From assembly GCA_040357565.1 (NCBI GenBank), contig JBDODJ010000054.1: 64,000 nt of DNA; one strand, given 5' to 3'. The notes beneath the pieces are model-generated. The model saw only the letters and a list, made by a program, of their open reading frames with translations, did not search any database and had not been told where the DNA came from. The stretch is from Cercozoa sp. M6MM (Eukaryota > Protista > Endomyxa: Ascetosporea). Positions 1-15,595 of this stretch are shown piece by piece (the first letter of the stretch is position 1; each line of letters starts with the position of its first letter). A program made the position numbers and the translations under genes.

Positions 1-162
<162 letters not shown>

Positions 163-207
163 ACACTCGACGCATACGGTCCAGACCTCCCACCAGACTG
201 TGAATAC

Positions 208-2883
<2,676 letters not shown>

Positions 2884-3217
2884 CTCTGCACAAAGCAGCT
2901 GAGTGAGGACACAGAAACCCACCAAAGTGAACAATCGGTCAACATTTCAGAAGATGCCAATTCAGCACAATTTTCCAATACAGCGAAATCTTCATGACGC
3001 ACCTAACGGATGACCTCAGCTCACAAAACACACACAAAAATCCTGCCTAGTCCTGTGTTAGCACCCGGAAGCTCTCCTAAAAGTGTATCGCACACTTAAA
3101 ACCGTCCAAACGGAACGGAGCGACGAAAAATCATTTACTTTAAACCTGACAATATTCTGCCCTGGATAAGAGATCATCTGCTGTAAAGCACTTAGTTAAT
3201 CGAATTATTGCCTGCGC

Positions 3218-6200
3218 ATGCTACTGGATCCTTCCAGTGGAGCCCATCGTGCGAGCGGTTTCCTATCCGTAAAACAATTATTCTTGCCAATAATAAAATT
3301 GTACCAGCAAGCGCTTCCTTTTGTGCAGGGACATGTGGGTCACGGCGAAGTAGACTGGTCCACGCGAACGAGCGACGTTGGTGGTACTGGCACCTTTGTT
3401 TGCAACTCTGAGTGTGCCTTGCGTATGTGCACGAGAACAGGAGGCGGCGATTTTGGCGACTTTCTGTTGCCGCGCGCGATTCTCCTGGCGCTCAGAGAGT
3501 CCGGATTTGTGAAAGCATCGCCTGTACTCTCCTTGTGCTTGAAGTGGTTGAGTCAGGAAGCAGTGTCATCCCCTCCAACACAGGTGCAGTCGGCCGTGAT
3601 TCCGGCAGCACTGTCGGGAGAGAAGCCGCACATCATCGCGCAGGCCAAGAGCGGCACCGGCAAGACCTGCGCCTTCGTAACAGTGCTGCTGACGCTGCTG
3701 TGTCAAAGTGATCTCTGCGTCGACGGTCTCGCTGACGGTGACAATCGTGTCATGCAGAGCGACACCGTCCGGGTGCGAGAAACGCAAGCGCCGCGTGTGC
3801 TCGTGGTGGCACCGTCGCGCGAACTCGCCACTCAGACACTCACTGTGGTCCGTGCCGTCGGTCGACGTCTCGTTGGTACTGCAGTCCTGTTTTTTCTTGG
3901 ATTGTCCTTACCATACCCCATCACCTCATGTTACCCTCATGTTACCGCCCATGTTGCCCCTCCGCCGGTAGGCCTGAAGTCGCACGCCTGCATCGGCGGC
4001 CTCAGCGTTGACGCCGACCGCCGCGTTCTCGCTGCTGTACCCTTCTAGACACAGCCTTTCTTTTTGTACTGTATTACATGTAGAGCCTTCTCTGCATTTG
4101 TATGTGTATGTGTGCATGTGACCCAGGGAGCACACGTGGTGGTGGGCACGCCAGGTCGCCTGCAGGCACTGCTGGCAGAGGAGGCACTCAGCACGTCGGC
4201 GCTGCAGTGTCTCGTGCTCGACGAAGTCGATCGCTTCTTCCACACGACCTCACTGCGCGAGCAGGTATGTCCCTTTTAAGGTGCGTCGGATGGGGGGTAT
4301 GGGGGTATGAGGGTAGGGGTGTCACTGATGGACGATGTATGTATGAGTGTGACCACAGATGGACGGACTTCTGGAGCACCTGCCGTCATGCCAGACACTC
4401 GCAGTCTCGGCCTCCTTTACTGACGCCGTGATCGATCGCATCCGCGCGGACTGGCTGGATGACACGCGAGCCGTGCGGCAGGTGATGCTCAGTCCCGATG
4501 AGCCTTCGCTGGTCGGCGTGTCGCAGCAGTACGTCCTCGTGGACGCTGGCTACGGGAGTACACAGGACCACAGTGAAAGTCAGAGTGACCACAGTGAGAG
4601 TCAGAGTGACCACAGTGAGAGTCAGAGTGACCACATTGAGAGTCAGAGTGACCATCGTGAGAGGGAACGATACACGAACGGAATGCTGCTCGGAGTGCGA
4701 CACGTGCCCTTCAAGGGTACACTCCTTTCAATCTGTAGTCCTCCCTTCTCCTTTCCACACTCTTTGTGTTTATTTTGTGTGTGTGTGTGTGGATGTATTT
4801 TGTGTGTGTTTGGTGTGTGTGTACAGGCAAGAAGGAGCTTTTTGTGAGTGGCAAGTACCTGCTGCGACACGGACTCACCAAGTACAAGTAGGCTCAACTA
4901 TATTCACGTGTGTACCTCACTGCCGTTTCCTCCCTCTCCTTGTTCCTCACCCCTCCTCTTCCCAGGAAAGCCAAGCGACTGGGCGCCTTGTTTCACTGGC
5001 CGTACCGACAGTACGTGCATCAGCAAAAACTGCTGCACCTGCGCCGAGTGCTCTGCACGCTGCCCTTTCGCAAGTGCCTCGTGTTCTGCAACACGCGCAA
5101 TCACGCCCATGCTGCTGTACCTTTCACCGGGCAGGGTCAGAGGGTAAGGGGTAAATGGTATAGAGGGACATTAGTTGGGTCTGCAGGCACAAGGACTGCG
5201 CGACAGCGGCTTTGTGGCCGACGTGCTGACGGCACAGTTGTCACAGGTCGACCGCATCAAGGTCATGGTAGGTGCTTCCCATAGCCAGGGGAGATGGGGG
5301 TACTAATTAATGTACACAAGCAGAGACGACTGCGACGAGGCGAGACGCGCATCGTGGTCAGCAGCGATCTAATCGCACGCGGTGTCGACCTGCGCGACGT
5401 CGATGTGGTCGTCAACTTCGACACACCCAGCGACCCGGCGACCTTTCGTACCTGGCCTCTATCCCCCTAGTTATCCCTCTTAATCACACCTCCTTATTCC
5501 CCCTTTAAATATCCCCGTAATTATCCCCCTTAATTGCCTCTTTGGGTTAAAGCTGCGCAGTGCATCGCTGCGGCCGCGCTGGTCGTTTCGGCGGCCGCGG
5601 ATTCGCCATCTGTGCCTTTTTGTTTCTTGCCTGTGGTTGCTCTGTGCCTTTAAGATGACTGAAACCTTGGTTTTTCGCTTCAAAGCACTGTGCGACAGCT
5701 ACGAGAGGAGGCTACTCAAGTGGTACACATTCGTTCTCCGTGTGTACACTCGGTTAGGACGTGTGTATGTGTGTGCGGACAGGCTGCTCACCGAGGCACT
5801 GAGTACGGAGGATGCCACTGCGCTCGACTACCGCCGACTGAACCGGCGACAGCTGCAGCGCGTGCACTCGGCCCTGACGGCGCCAGCGAACGCAGCTGTC
5901 GTCGGTGGCAGTGGCACCGTCGCCGAGAGTGACACGTGTGCCTGCGCACCATCGGGTCAGCTGGTCGCCGACATTGTGCGACGCAGCATGAACGCCTTTC
6001 CGCTGCTTGTGGACTCGCTTGCCGTCTACGCCGATCGTAGGCTTCCTGTCGTCTGTCTTGCCTGGTATCATATCTAATGAACCCTCTCTTCGTAGGCGTG
6101 GAAGAGATCCCCCCAGCAGAGGCCGACACAGGCGCGTCGTCCCATGGTACTTGCATTAGTGTATGTTGAGAGCGCACGTGTACAGGTTGCTGCTTGTGTT

Positions 6201-6430
6201 CAGTCTACGTGCATCCCGACAGCGAAAGCATGCAGATCATGCAGCAGATCTTTGCCGAAGATGCACGTGCGCACGAGATCGACATTGCACCGAGCTTCAC
6301 TGTCAGCACCAGCGGCACGAGTGACCAGTTTAGCGACCACCCCGACGATCAGTCCCTTCCCAGAAAGCGCACCTGGCAGCGCGCTCTTGACACTGCCGAA
6401 AACTCCTTTTGGGATGACTTGGGCGTCTAA
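3218..6430 (+). CDS. DDX20: DEAD-box RNA helicase, DDX20/Gemin3-like
   Basis: Q motif GFVKASPVQ, AQAKSGTGKTC, APSRELA, VVGTPGRL, DEVD, SAS, LPFRKCLVFCN, ARGVD, HRCGRAGRFG. The RTSDV...F..LLL N-terminus and QAKSGTGKTC favour DDX20. Start approximate. Confidence 0.8.
4566..4662 (+). repeat. 21-bp tandem repeat, about 4.5 copies (GACCACAGTGAGAGTCAGAGT; reads DHSESQS in the helicase frame)
   Basis: Visible directly. Head-to-tail with no spacers. Confidence 0.9.
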
Positions 6431-6544
6431 ACAGCTTCTTGCATTCACTCGCTTTTTCAAGCACAAAAAATAAATAAAATCAGCAAACGTCCGCGCGCTC
6501 CTGTTGTCTGTGTCTCCTCTTGTTAGTTAGACCTGATTTCGGGG

Positions 6545-7239
6545 ATGGCGGAAAACGAGCAGCCCCAGGATGCCGTGCCTTGGTGGCGGAAGCTACTGCG
6601 ACAAGTGTGAGTTATTATTCATCAAAATGTCAGAAAATTAAAGTTGTTGTTGTCGCAGACTCATCATGCTCGCCATTCGTTTCGTTGCCTCGCGTTTCTT
6701 TTCTTCAGGAAGCAGTGGTAGCAACAAGGTTGTGAGCTCCAACGCAGACGGCAGCGACAATGGGCTGGAAGAGGTCGGAAGTGACATTCAGGTAACTCTC
6801 GTCTCTGTCTCAGCCGGTATTTACCCTCTGTATGGGTGTGTGTGTATGTGTGTGTATGTGTGTGTGTGTGTGTTGCTTTAGAACCTCATGTCCACCGTGT
6901 ACCCTGCGTGGTCGCCGAACGATATTGTCGATGTTCGTCTGTTTGCCAACAGTCACAGCGACTTCCACGTGTCCCAGATCGCTGGTATAGATACACTTAC
7001 TCACTCACCGATGTAGTCTTTGCACTAGTTGATGAGTGCAGACAGCGCCGAGTTGTTTGTTGTGAGGAGCGCACCTCTGGGTGCACTCGGGTACTCTATG
7101 CTCCTCTCTTCTGCTGTCGCAAAGTGAAGAAGGAACTATTGTTGTGTGTGTCTGTGTGTGTGTCTGTGTCTGTGTCTGTGTCTGTGTGTGTGTGTGTCTG
7201 TGTGTGTCTGTGTGTGTGTCTGTGTGTGTGTGTGTGTGT

Positions 7240-7305
<66 letters not shown>

Positions 7306-8938
7306 GTGAAATGTCGATGCCGGCACACACAGTTTCCATCGAGTACAAGAACCTGGGCTACAGTACCTGTTTTCTCTGCGTCTGCGTCTGTTGGGACCCG
7401 TCCGTTTATGTTCGTTATGCAGCGCATCTGTACGCCAAACGTCGAAGCGATGGCGACTTTTTCGTTGTTTCACAAGTACACCCGAGTTAAGCGATTGACC
7501 CACTCTCGGGGCACTATGTTTCGCCTGTCCGCACAGGAACTCCTGGTGGACGGACCGCCGAAAAAGAAGAAAGAGAAAGTCAATCTGCTAACGGAAGAAA
7601 CGCCGGTAACCTTGGATCCATCCTGTAGGTCTTCCGTCAGTTTCACTCGCGTTGTTTGTGTCTGTTACAAACAGACGCTGCAAAGCGACCTGTCGATTCT
7701 GAAGAACGGCGTTTTTGGCTCCTTGTTTCAGATGGCATTCGACACTGACGAAGAGGTGCTTCCTTTCCTTGTCCTTTTGTCCTGCATCTTACCTACTGTT
7801 TTGCAGACTGAAGAAATGGACTGGGAGTGGGACGAAAAAAGCGGGCGTGTCGCCAAGTACCTGCCGCCGCAGATCGACATTCGCTTTGTACTTTTCGGCG
7901 GCCCCCCCCCTGTCTCTCCCATTGATATAGTTATTTCTGTGTTTTTAACGTAGGTGGCAGACAGTAGTTTCGCAGCACTCCCTCTGACACAGCTTCCAGC
8001 CGGCCTGCAGAACAGGATTGTTCGGTATGTCAGTGACACTACTCAGAGTAGTCCGCGCGGATGCTTTGACTCTCTTGTGTCACAGCAAGCAGGACCGTTT
8101 CTACCCTGTGATGTTCACGGACAATTTCTGGCACATGCGACGCAAGTTTCGCATGATAGATCTCGAGGCTGACACTCTGACTGACGTCGAGACCGACGGT
8201 GAGACTGACGATGAGACTGGTGTTAGGACGGTGCAGATCGACGTGTCATTTTCGCCGCTGCGTGGCATCTTTGCCATCCTGCAGGTGCTTTATTTCCCTT
8301 TACCCCCTTTACGCTACACCCTACCTTTACCCTTCCCTCGGGCAGGCGCAACTGGAGACACAATGGCAGAGCTCAGAGCTGCTGCAGCGTTTCTCCACGC
8401 TGCTTGAGGAAACGATGGGCGACGTTAATGAGAACAAGGAAGGTTCCGAGAAGGTTCCGAGAAGGTTCAACTGGAAGTACGAAGAGGCGCAGCGCCGCTC
8501 CGTCGTCGAAGCCAACCTACCCGTGTCAGTTGTCCTCTAGCACAAGGGGAAAGAAAGGGGGTAAATACACCTGTATGTGTGTGTGTGGGTGTGGGTGTGT
8601 GCAGTCTGGTTGTGTCTGTGGTGGCCTCACTGCTGCACGCCTTGTTCGAATTCCTGGCATTGTACTTTCCCTGGCCTGTCTTGTCTTTGTACCCCATTGT
8701 TATGCTGTGTGTGTGTCTGCGTGCGTGTGTGTGTGTGCAGCAAGGAAGATGTCAAGTTCTGGAAGCAGAAGCAAGGCACAGTAGGTAGCAAGCATCTGTA
8801 TCACCTCTAGTCTATCTTTTTCGATACTAATGTACAGGTGTGTCGGTGCGCTCACTGGGCGCTTCGGCGGCGATGCAGCTGATCATCCTGCTCTACCTCG
8901 CCGGTAGGTCCATCTCCTAAGCTATTTTACCCCCCCCC

Positions 8939-8977
<39 letters not shown>

Positions 8978-9973
8978 CCTATCCCTTGATATAGCAAACG
9001 ACAGCAACATCGTGGTGCTGCTGAGTTCGGTGGCAGGTCTTGGAGTCGACTTGTGGAAACTCTGGAAGTGCATGCGGCACACTCCGTACCCTCGCTGTGT
9101 TTGTCCACCTTGCTTTTACCCCTGCTTGCCAAAGTGAGAGTCAGGAGGAGCAGCGGAGTGATCGCTACGACCGCGAATTCTCGCGAAAATTGCTAATTTT
9201 CGTGTTGATTCCGCTGGTACTGAGATACACACGGATGGACAGGCTTGTTGTATGGCTACTGCCTCGCAGGCACCGGTACTGGGTCTGTGTTGTACAGGTA
9301 CTGGCCAGAGCGGCGTATTCGCTGCGCTACGAGACGCACACGTCGTGGTACATGTACGGTGTGACTATAAGTCGTTTTGTGTGGTTAAACGGGCACATGC
9401 CATGTGACGCGGGTGGACAGGTTTGTTCTGGAGACACTGGTCTCCAGTGTCTACCTGTTCGGCTTCCTGCAAATGGCGCCGCAGGTCTACCTCAACTATC
9501 GACTGCGCTCGGTGGCACACATGCCCGGCAAGCAACTCATGTACAAGTTCCTGGTACAGTTGGACCTTTGTTGTATGAAGCTTTGTGACCACGTGATTAA
9601 GTATGCGCTGAGATAGAACACGATCGTAGACGATCTGTTCGCCTTTGCTGTCAAGATGCCGACGCTGCACCGACTGAGTGTCTTCCGTGACGACATCATT
9701 TTTGTCATCTTCCTGGTCGGTTGCAATCTGACTCTTTTGTTTTCTATCTTTTTGTTTGACTCTGCTCTTTTGTTTTTAATGCAGTACCAACGCTGGGCAT
9801 ACAAGACTGACTACACGCGCGTGAACGAGTTCGGCTACCAGCACAAGTCGGATAGCGAGGAGACGGAGAGCGAGACTGCTGCCGCCACTCAGGCAACGGA
9901 GAGCGAGACACCTCAAGTTGCCACCATCCAGGAGCCAAAAGACGGCGCAGAGAGGAAACTAAAACAGGACTAA
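6545..9973 (+). CDS. CLPTM1: CLPTM1 family membrane protein (lipid scramblase-like)
   Basis: LHALFEFLA, KEDVKFWK, GVSVRS, PQVYLNYRLRSVAHMP, YKFLNTIVDDLFAFAVKMPTLHRLSVFRDDIIF, YQRWAYKTDYTRVNEFG. Confidence 0.92.
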
Positions 9974-10142
9974 GCGAAAGCGAAGCAGACTGAGAGGACT
10001 AGCGAAAGCGAAGCAAAAATTGCGTACGGCGAGCCCAAGCCAGTCAGCTCCAACTGCTGTGCTATAGAGTGTCATAACAGAGCATTAGAAATGCGCATGT
10101 ATGTGCTGATACCTGTTAGATCGAAATCTAAGCAGAATTAGC

Positions 10143-12214
10143 ATGTCTAGTGTGTCAAGTAAACACTGTTTTACGGTGGAACGCATCATCGCGCATCGAA
10201 AGCGACGCAATGGCGAGGTTTTGGTACAGTTGCACCGTGGATGGACCCGCTTTGTGTGCGCAGAGTCGGCTTGAGTTTGTGTATGTGGACAGTACCGAGT
10301 CCGGTGGCTAGGCTACTCGGAGCAGGATGACACTTGGTGTGCCTGGTTTATAACAAGTGTGTCTTTGATTGTTGGGAGACACTATTGTGGCTACAGGGAG
10401 CCCGTGTCCTCCTTCAGCGACATGCGTGCCATCGAGGCCTACATGAGTACTGTCGCGGCCGATCCGATCGATGGTAGCACTGGTGTAGTCTTTCCCCCCC
10501 CCCCCCCCCATCCCCTGGTGTAGACAGCAGTAGCACCAGTGTGTCCTCCAACGAGAATCGCGGCGGCGGCATTCGAGGCCTGCCGAAACTGCCACGGGCC
10601 AACGTGGCAGGTGCCTCTCACTGTTACCCCCCTTACCCCCTGCCCTTTTGTTTCCTTGCATCTTTTGCCCCCTTGCATCTTTTGCCCCCTTGCATCTTTT
10701 GCCCCTTGCATCTTTTACCTCCTTACCCCCCGACAGTGAGGAGAGTCGTGAGCGATCTTGAGCTTCGCCGTGCTATTGGGTGCGTCTGGCTCTCTTTCTC
10801 ACACCTTTTTACCGCTTTACCCCCTTGTTACTTACCCCCTCATTGCCCTCCCATATACCCTTCTCAAAAAATTTAAAAAACTCAGATGTCGGCCGCCGAG
10901 TGTCGACGCTCCCAGTAGATTTCTGTTTATTCTGTGTGTACAATTCCCGTCCGTGCGGAAGCAGAGGAATACGCGTGTTGTTGCTTTTGTGGCGACAGCG
11001 CCAATGCGCGCGCGGACGCAAAAAGCGAAAAATGCGCGGAAAATTGAGGCGAATCGTGTCGACATGGAAAACCTCGTATTTTTCTGTCTCCGCGCGGACG
11101 TGTGACACTACAAGAGAGTGCATGTAGCTGGCGCCGGAGGATGCGCGCAGTTTCGACACGTTCAGTTGTCGGCGGTGCGGCGTGCAGTCGCTCGTGAGCA
11201 CGGGCACGCGGTACGCGCAGTGCGGCCGGTGTCAGGAGGTGCAGGCCGTGCAGCCTTCGACGACGGCGCACTGCGCGCAGTGCTGTCGACTGGTCACTGT
11301 GCCGGCCGAGGCTGCTCGGTTGTAGCGTTGCCCCCCCTGTTTACCCCCCTGCTTACCCTCCTGTTTACCCTCTGTTTACCCTCCTGTTTACTCCCTGTTT
11401 GCCCCCCTGTTAACCCTCTGTTCACCCTCTGTTTACCCTGCCTCTTGACCCTACCTCTTGAGCCAGCGCGTGTGGCGTGTGCGGCACGCTGAACGAGATC
11501 AAGCACAACCGCGAGGACACGCCGATGGCAGAGTGGCTACACGACGACGCCTTCGCTCTGTTCTGCCACGACGCGCTGCGACTGCACGAGGCCTATCGCA
11601 CGCAGCGGTACCTACCCTCTTATCCCTACCTTCTACCCCCTACCCTGCCCCTACCCCCCACCTCCACCCTACCTCCGACCTCCTACCTCCGACCTCCTAC
11701 CCCACGACAGGTTCATTCGACGCTCGCGCTCGCTGAGTTCGCCGTCGACAGTGCAGAGTCCGCGGCCGGTGGTGCCGGGTGTCTCCTCCGACGCCTTCAA
11801 ACTGACTCAGAGGGTAGCCTTCCCTTCGTTTTTCCTTCGCCTTTCCTATCTTACCCTGTGACCTTTGACTGTCATACCAGTATACTGTCTTACCCTACCT
11901 ACCTAGGTACAGTACGTGAAGCAAGCCAAGCGTCTGTTGCAGTACCAGAATTTGATGAATGAAACGCACGTTTTGCGGTGTCGCGATTTGTGGAACAAGC
12001 TGCCTGAGCAAGGTGTCCTCTCCCCCCCCCCCCCTCTCTCTCTCTCTCCCCCATGACCCTTCGCTCCCGTGTAGCCAGAGAGGAAGTGCGCCAGCGCGTG
12101 CGACTCGACGCCGAGGCTGCGCAGGTGCTGCGCCAGCAACTGCAGCAACTGGCCGAGCGACAACGACGCGCGCAAGTTGGCCAGTACAGCACTCCCCCTA
12201 CTCCGTCCTCGTGA
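10143..12214 (+). CDS. Chromodomain protein with two LSD1-type zinc fingers and a possible HMG-like C-terminus
   Basis: Spliced N-terminus MSSVSSKHCFTVERIIAHRKRRNGEVL|YRVRWLGYSEQDDTW|EPVSSFSDMRAIEAYM (chromo). CRRC-x14-CGRC and CAQC-x14-CGVC fingers. AFALFC...LWNKLPEQ near the C-terminus. Confidence 0.8.
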
Positions 12215-12521
12215 ATGATGAACCTCGGACCAAAACAAACTTGACTGAATCCTCTAGACGCACCATAGTATCACACTCTGTGTTAGCACAGTCATGGGCT
12301 GCTTTAAATTGCGCCAAATCTGCAATTGTACACTTGATTGCATAAAATGGACTCTAACATAGTATCAGCACTCTCCGAACACTCGCCCCCCTTAAGAGGT
12401 CAAGTCTGTTTTCAAAAATAAAGGGACTCAAACCTGTATCTCAAGGCATACTTTAGATCAAATACCGCAGTGCGACAACTTTAGTGACACGTGGGGCGTG
12501 GTTGTAGGCGTACAAACTCCA

Positions 12522-13182
12522 ATGGTACTTCCTTTTTCTCCAATATTTGTTGTGCCTTAATTTTGACTTGCGCGATTTTTGCCCGACAGGAGGAAGAGTG
12601 GACAAACGAAAAAGCGGAGCAGACTGAGCAGCGTAAGCGTGCGGTGCGTGCACTGCAAAGAGAGCATGCGCTGGAGGGGCACGCGCCGCAGCACTTTCGC
12701 TCATTCTCGCTGTTTCAGTCGCTGTGCAAGGCCGCAAATGAACTGCGACAAGAAGGTGCACTTTGTTTGTTTTGACACATTGGTGTCTATGTTTTTATGT
12801 GCTCTGATTCAGGTTATCTGCCGGCGGATGATGCATTTCGAGAGGCGCTCGCTTCTAATTATGACTCGTACGTTGCTTTTCCTTCCACCGCAAAAGAAAA
12901 AGAGCGAAAAACACATCTATTAACTTTTTTGAGCAGTGTGATCGAGGAAGAACTCCAGAAAATGGCAGAAGAAAGTTCGCACCTCGTCAGTGTGGGAAAG
13001 GTACCCAACATTCAACTTATCCTTGTCGCGACAATGTGCATGTGTCATTAACGTAGGATGCCAAGCTGATGACGTACCGACACGTTGAAGACGTCTGGAC
13101 GTTTGTTCTCAAGGACTGTGAGCTGCGCTCTAGTGACGGTGACGTCATTCGCGCTGCTGAGTTGCGCGTCTTAACCAGCTAG
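12522..13182 (+). CDS. GTF2A2: Transcription initiation factor IIA gamma (small) subunit
   Basis: FRSFSLFQSLCKAANELRQEG...KLMTYRHVEDVWTFVLKDCELR matches the TFIIA-gamma pattern (LNTYRFCDNVWTFVL). The first coding exon appears to be ATG only. Confidence 0.8.
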
Positions 13183-13410
13183 CTATCGTAACGAACTACC
13201 AGTACGATGGATACTGTACTAACGTACTGGTAAAAATTCAGGGACCAGGGTTGCCACGTTCGGTCCGCGCCGGGCAGTGCGTAGCGTACATACGCGTAGA
13301 CTATACTCGACTAACGTACAGAAAATCACGATTAAACTGAGTGTGCCTATTGTAACGCGGCGTAAATGCTTGTGCAACTTGCAACCGGCGTACTATGGGC
13401 CTGCTCGAGC

Positions 13411-15390
13411 TCAGGCGAGCTCATCGTATAAGTCGCATATCAACGCATGCGCAGCAAAGTGACCCGGATAGTCCGTTATAACCTTGCGCGCGTACTCCAC
13501 CTGTAAAATATTAGATGCATTTGAGGTGCAACATACAGAGAATCCGATAATACCGCACGATGCCTCTCACCACGACGACGGTAAATCAATGCTGCGTTGA
13601 ATTGCGGTTCAAGAGAATCTTGGTGTTGCAGCGCGCGCTCAAAGATTGACAGTGCGTCATCCCGCGCATTGTCATGACCTCGGAACAACTGAGATGTAGC
13701 ACTATCACATGCGACAGCACACTACGCAGCGATCGAGAGAAGACCAAGTTTACCTGTAGCATACCGAGATTGTTTAGTGCTTCCGCATGCGATGGCACAT
13801 ATGAAACAGCGAGCCGAAAGCTGTTCCATGCGAGTGGCAAGTCAGCCTGGAGAACTGCGACGATGCCCAAGGCGTACCAAACGTCGCCGTGCTCGTCGTC
13901 AGTTCTCGACGCTGCAAGCGCTCTTCGAAGGCAAGACAGTGCCACGTCGAACTGCTGCGCGTAAAAGCAGGCCAAACCGAGGTTGCCCCACACCGATGCT
14001 GCTCCACTGCTGCTCTCTGTAGGGTTTCACACTAATCGAAGGCCGATTTAAGCAGACAATTAAGTTCTTACTGAACAAACCTTGCCAACCGCCAGCAGCG
14101 GCACCGAGGAGCAGCATGCGACGGTACAGTCGGAGTGCGACTTCTGGTCTTGCTGCGTAGAACTGCTGAGCTGCTGTACTCGCGGTGGCTTCGAGTGAAC
14201 TCGGATCACTGTGCTCGAGAAGCAGCCGATACTGCTGTACAGCAGAGTACTCGTCGTTTAGCAGGTCATGCAGTCTTGCAGTCGCTAGAATCAACGGAAT
14301 GTGTCTCGGCCACAGTCGGAGCCCAGCTTCGTAGAGATGCATAGCTTGTGTCGGCTTGTCTTGACGCAGCAGCACCTTGCTGTTCCACAAACGCACCTCA
14401 TGACCTTCGTGTGCGTGTAGAGCTTCTTCCGTGCACCGGCGAGCGTCTTCGTATTCGTGCAGTGCGTAGTAACACTTTGCCATGCGAAGTGTCCAAAACC
14501 CTGCGTGTCAATCCACGCGGAATATACCATATGGCACTGGACATAACTTTGTTGTACTACCACATTTATCCAGCAAGCGAGAAAAACCTACACTCATGCT
14601 GAAAGTTGAGCTTTCGTCGGGTAGCAATCGCCAGTTCAAGAGCTCGGACGACGGCATCGCTGTCTCCGAGTACGTGCAAAAGATAGTCGATTAAGATGGC
14701 AGCAAGGCCTGGCTGGCGCGCCACTTGCTCAACGTCGATGCGAGCCACATCGATCCACTCGTTTCCTTGCAGAGAGGTGCCGGGCAGCGGAGTCACTGCG
14801 CGCCCAGTCGCACGTGTCATTCCGCGTGTCAGTGTGCGAGCTGCTCCAGTCATCCCGCGAGTGAGTCCTCGTGTTAGACCTCGCGTCAGTCCTCGCGTTA
14901 GACCTCGACTATACGCTTCTCGACTTGCCAGGGCTCTCTGTGAAGTTGCTGGCCTCACCACGCCTGTCAGCGGTCTGCCCGACGACACCGGGCGTAACAG
15001 TGCACCAACTTCTTCCTTTCTCCTTTTTGTTTCAAGTCGACGAAGAGACGTCCCAGGTCGAGGTAACGCAGCACTCGCTTGCTCATCGAGACATACGTCT
15101 GCCAGCGAGTCTTCTTCAAGTTCCGTGTCGTCAAAGGGACGAAACTGCTCTGTCATCGCACGCGTTTTCATCGCCCACACAGCACGATCTGTTCGATTGT
15201 GCCGCTGCAACCACAGAACGGAATAGATAGTATAAATAAGCTAATTCAGCTCCACCAAAAGGTGACGTACGCTTGTCTTCACGGGTTTTTCAAGCCATTC
15301 TTCGCACACATTTACGACAGCACTGAACCTGCGTTGACGAAGAAGAACTCGCGCACGTAGCAGCGGAGGCAAACTAACCGAGTCCGACAT
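13411..15390 (-). CDS. BBS8: BBSome subunit BBS8/TTC8 (TPR protein)
   Basis: AVWAMKTRAMTE, LPRPGTSL, GRPLTGVVRP, PEVALRLYRRMLLLG, WGNLGLACFYAQQFD, DVWYALG, HAEALNNLGML. Confidence 0.92.
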
Positions 15391-15595
15391 TTCAGGAGGT
15401 GAACGGTGACCAGGCCCAAAGAAGGTGAATTCACCTCTAAACGATGAGTTCCTGATCGCAACTTGGTATATTGCCTGCCTTCCGCCCGGAGGCGGTTTTC
15501 ATTGACATATATAGTCCCTGACTCCCAGTCACTTAACCAATTCGTTTGGACGCAATTTTAGGCAGCTTTTTAAACTAAAGTTCGCCGAAGTGTAG

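Noticed and set aside
4566-4662. Possible CRISPR-like array
   Set aside because: Head-to-tail repeats without unique spacers, in a eukaryotic gene context, with no cas genes.
6836-7503. ORFs rich in CVCVCV or HTHTHT (also at 23 kb, 31 kb, 35-37 kb, 54 kb and 59 kb)
   Set aside because: They are translations of intronic (TG)n/(CA)n microsatellites, not metal-binding proteins.
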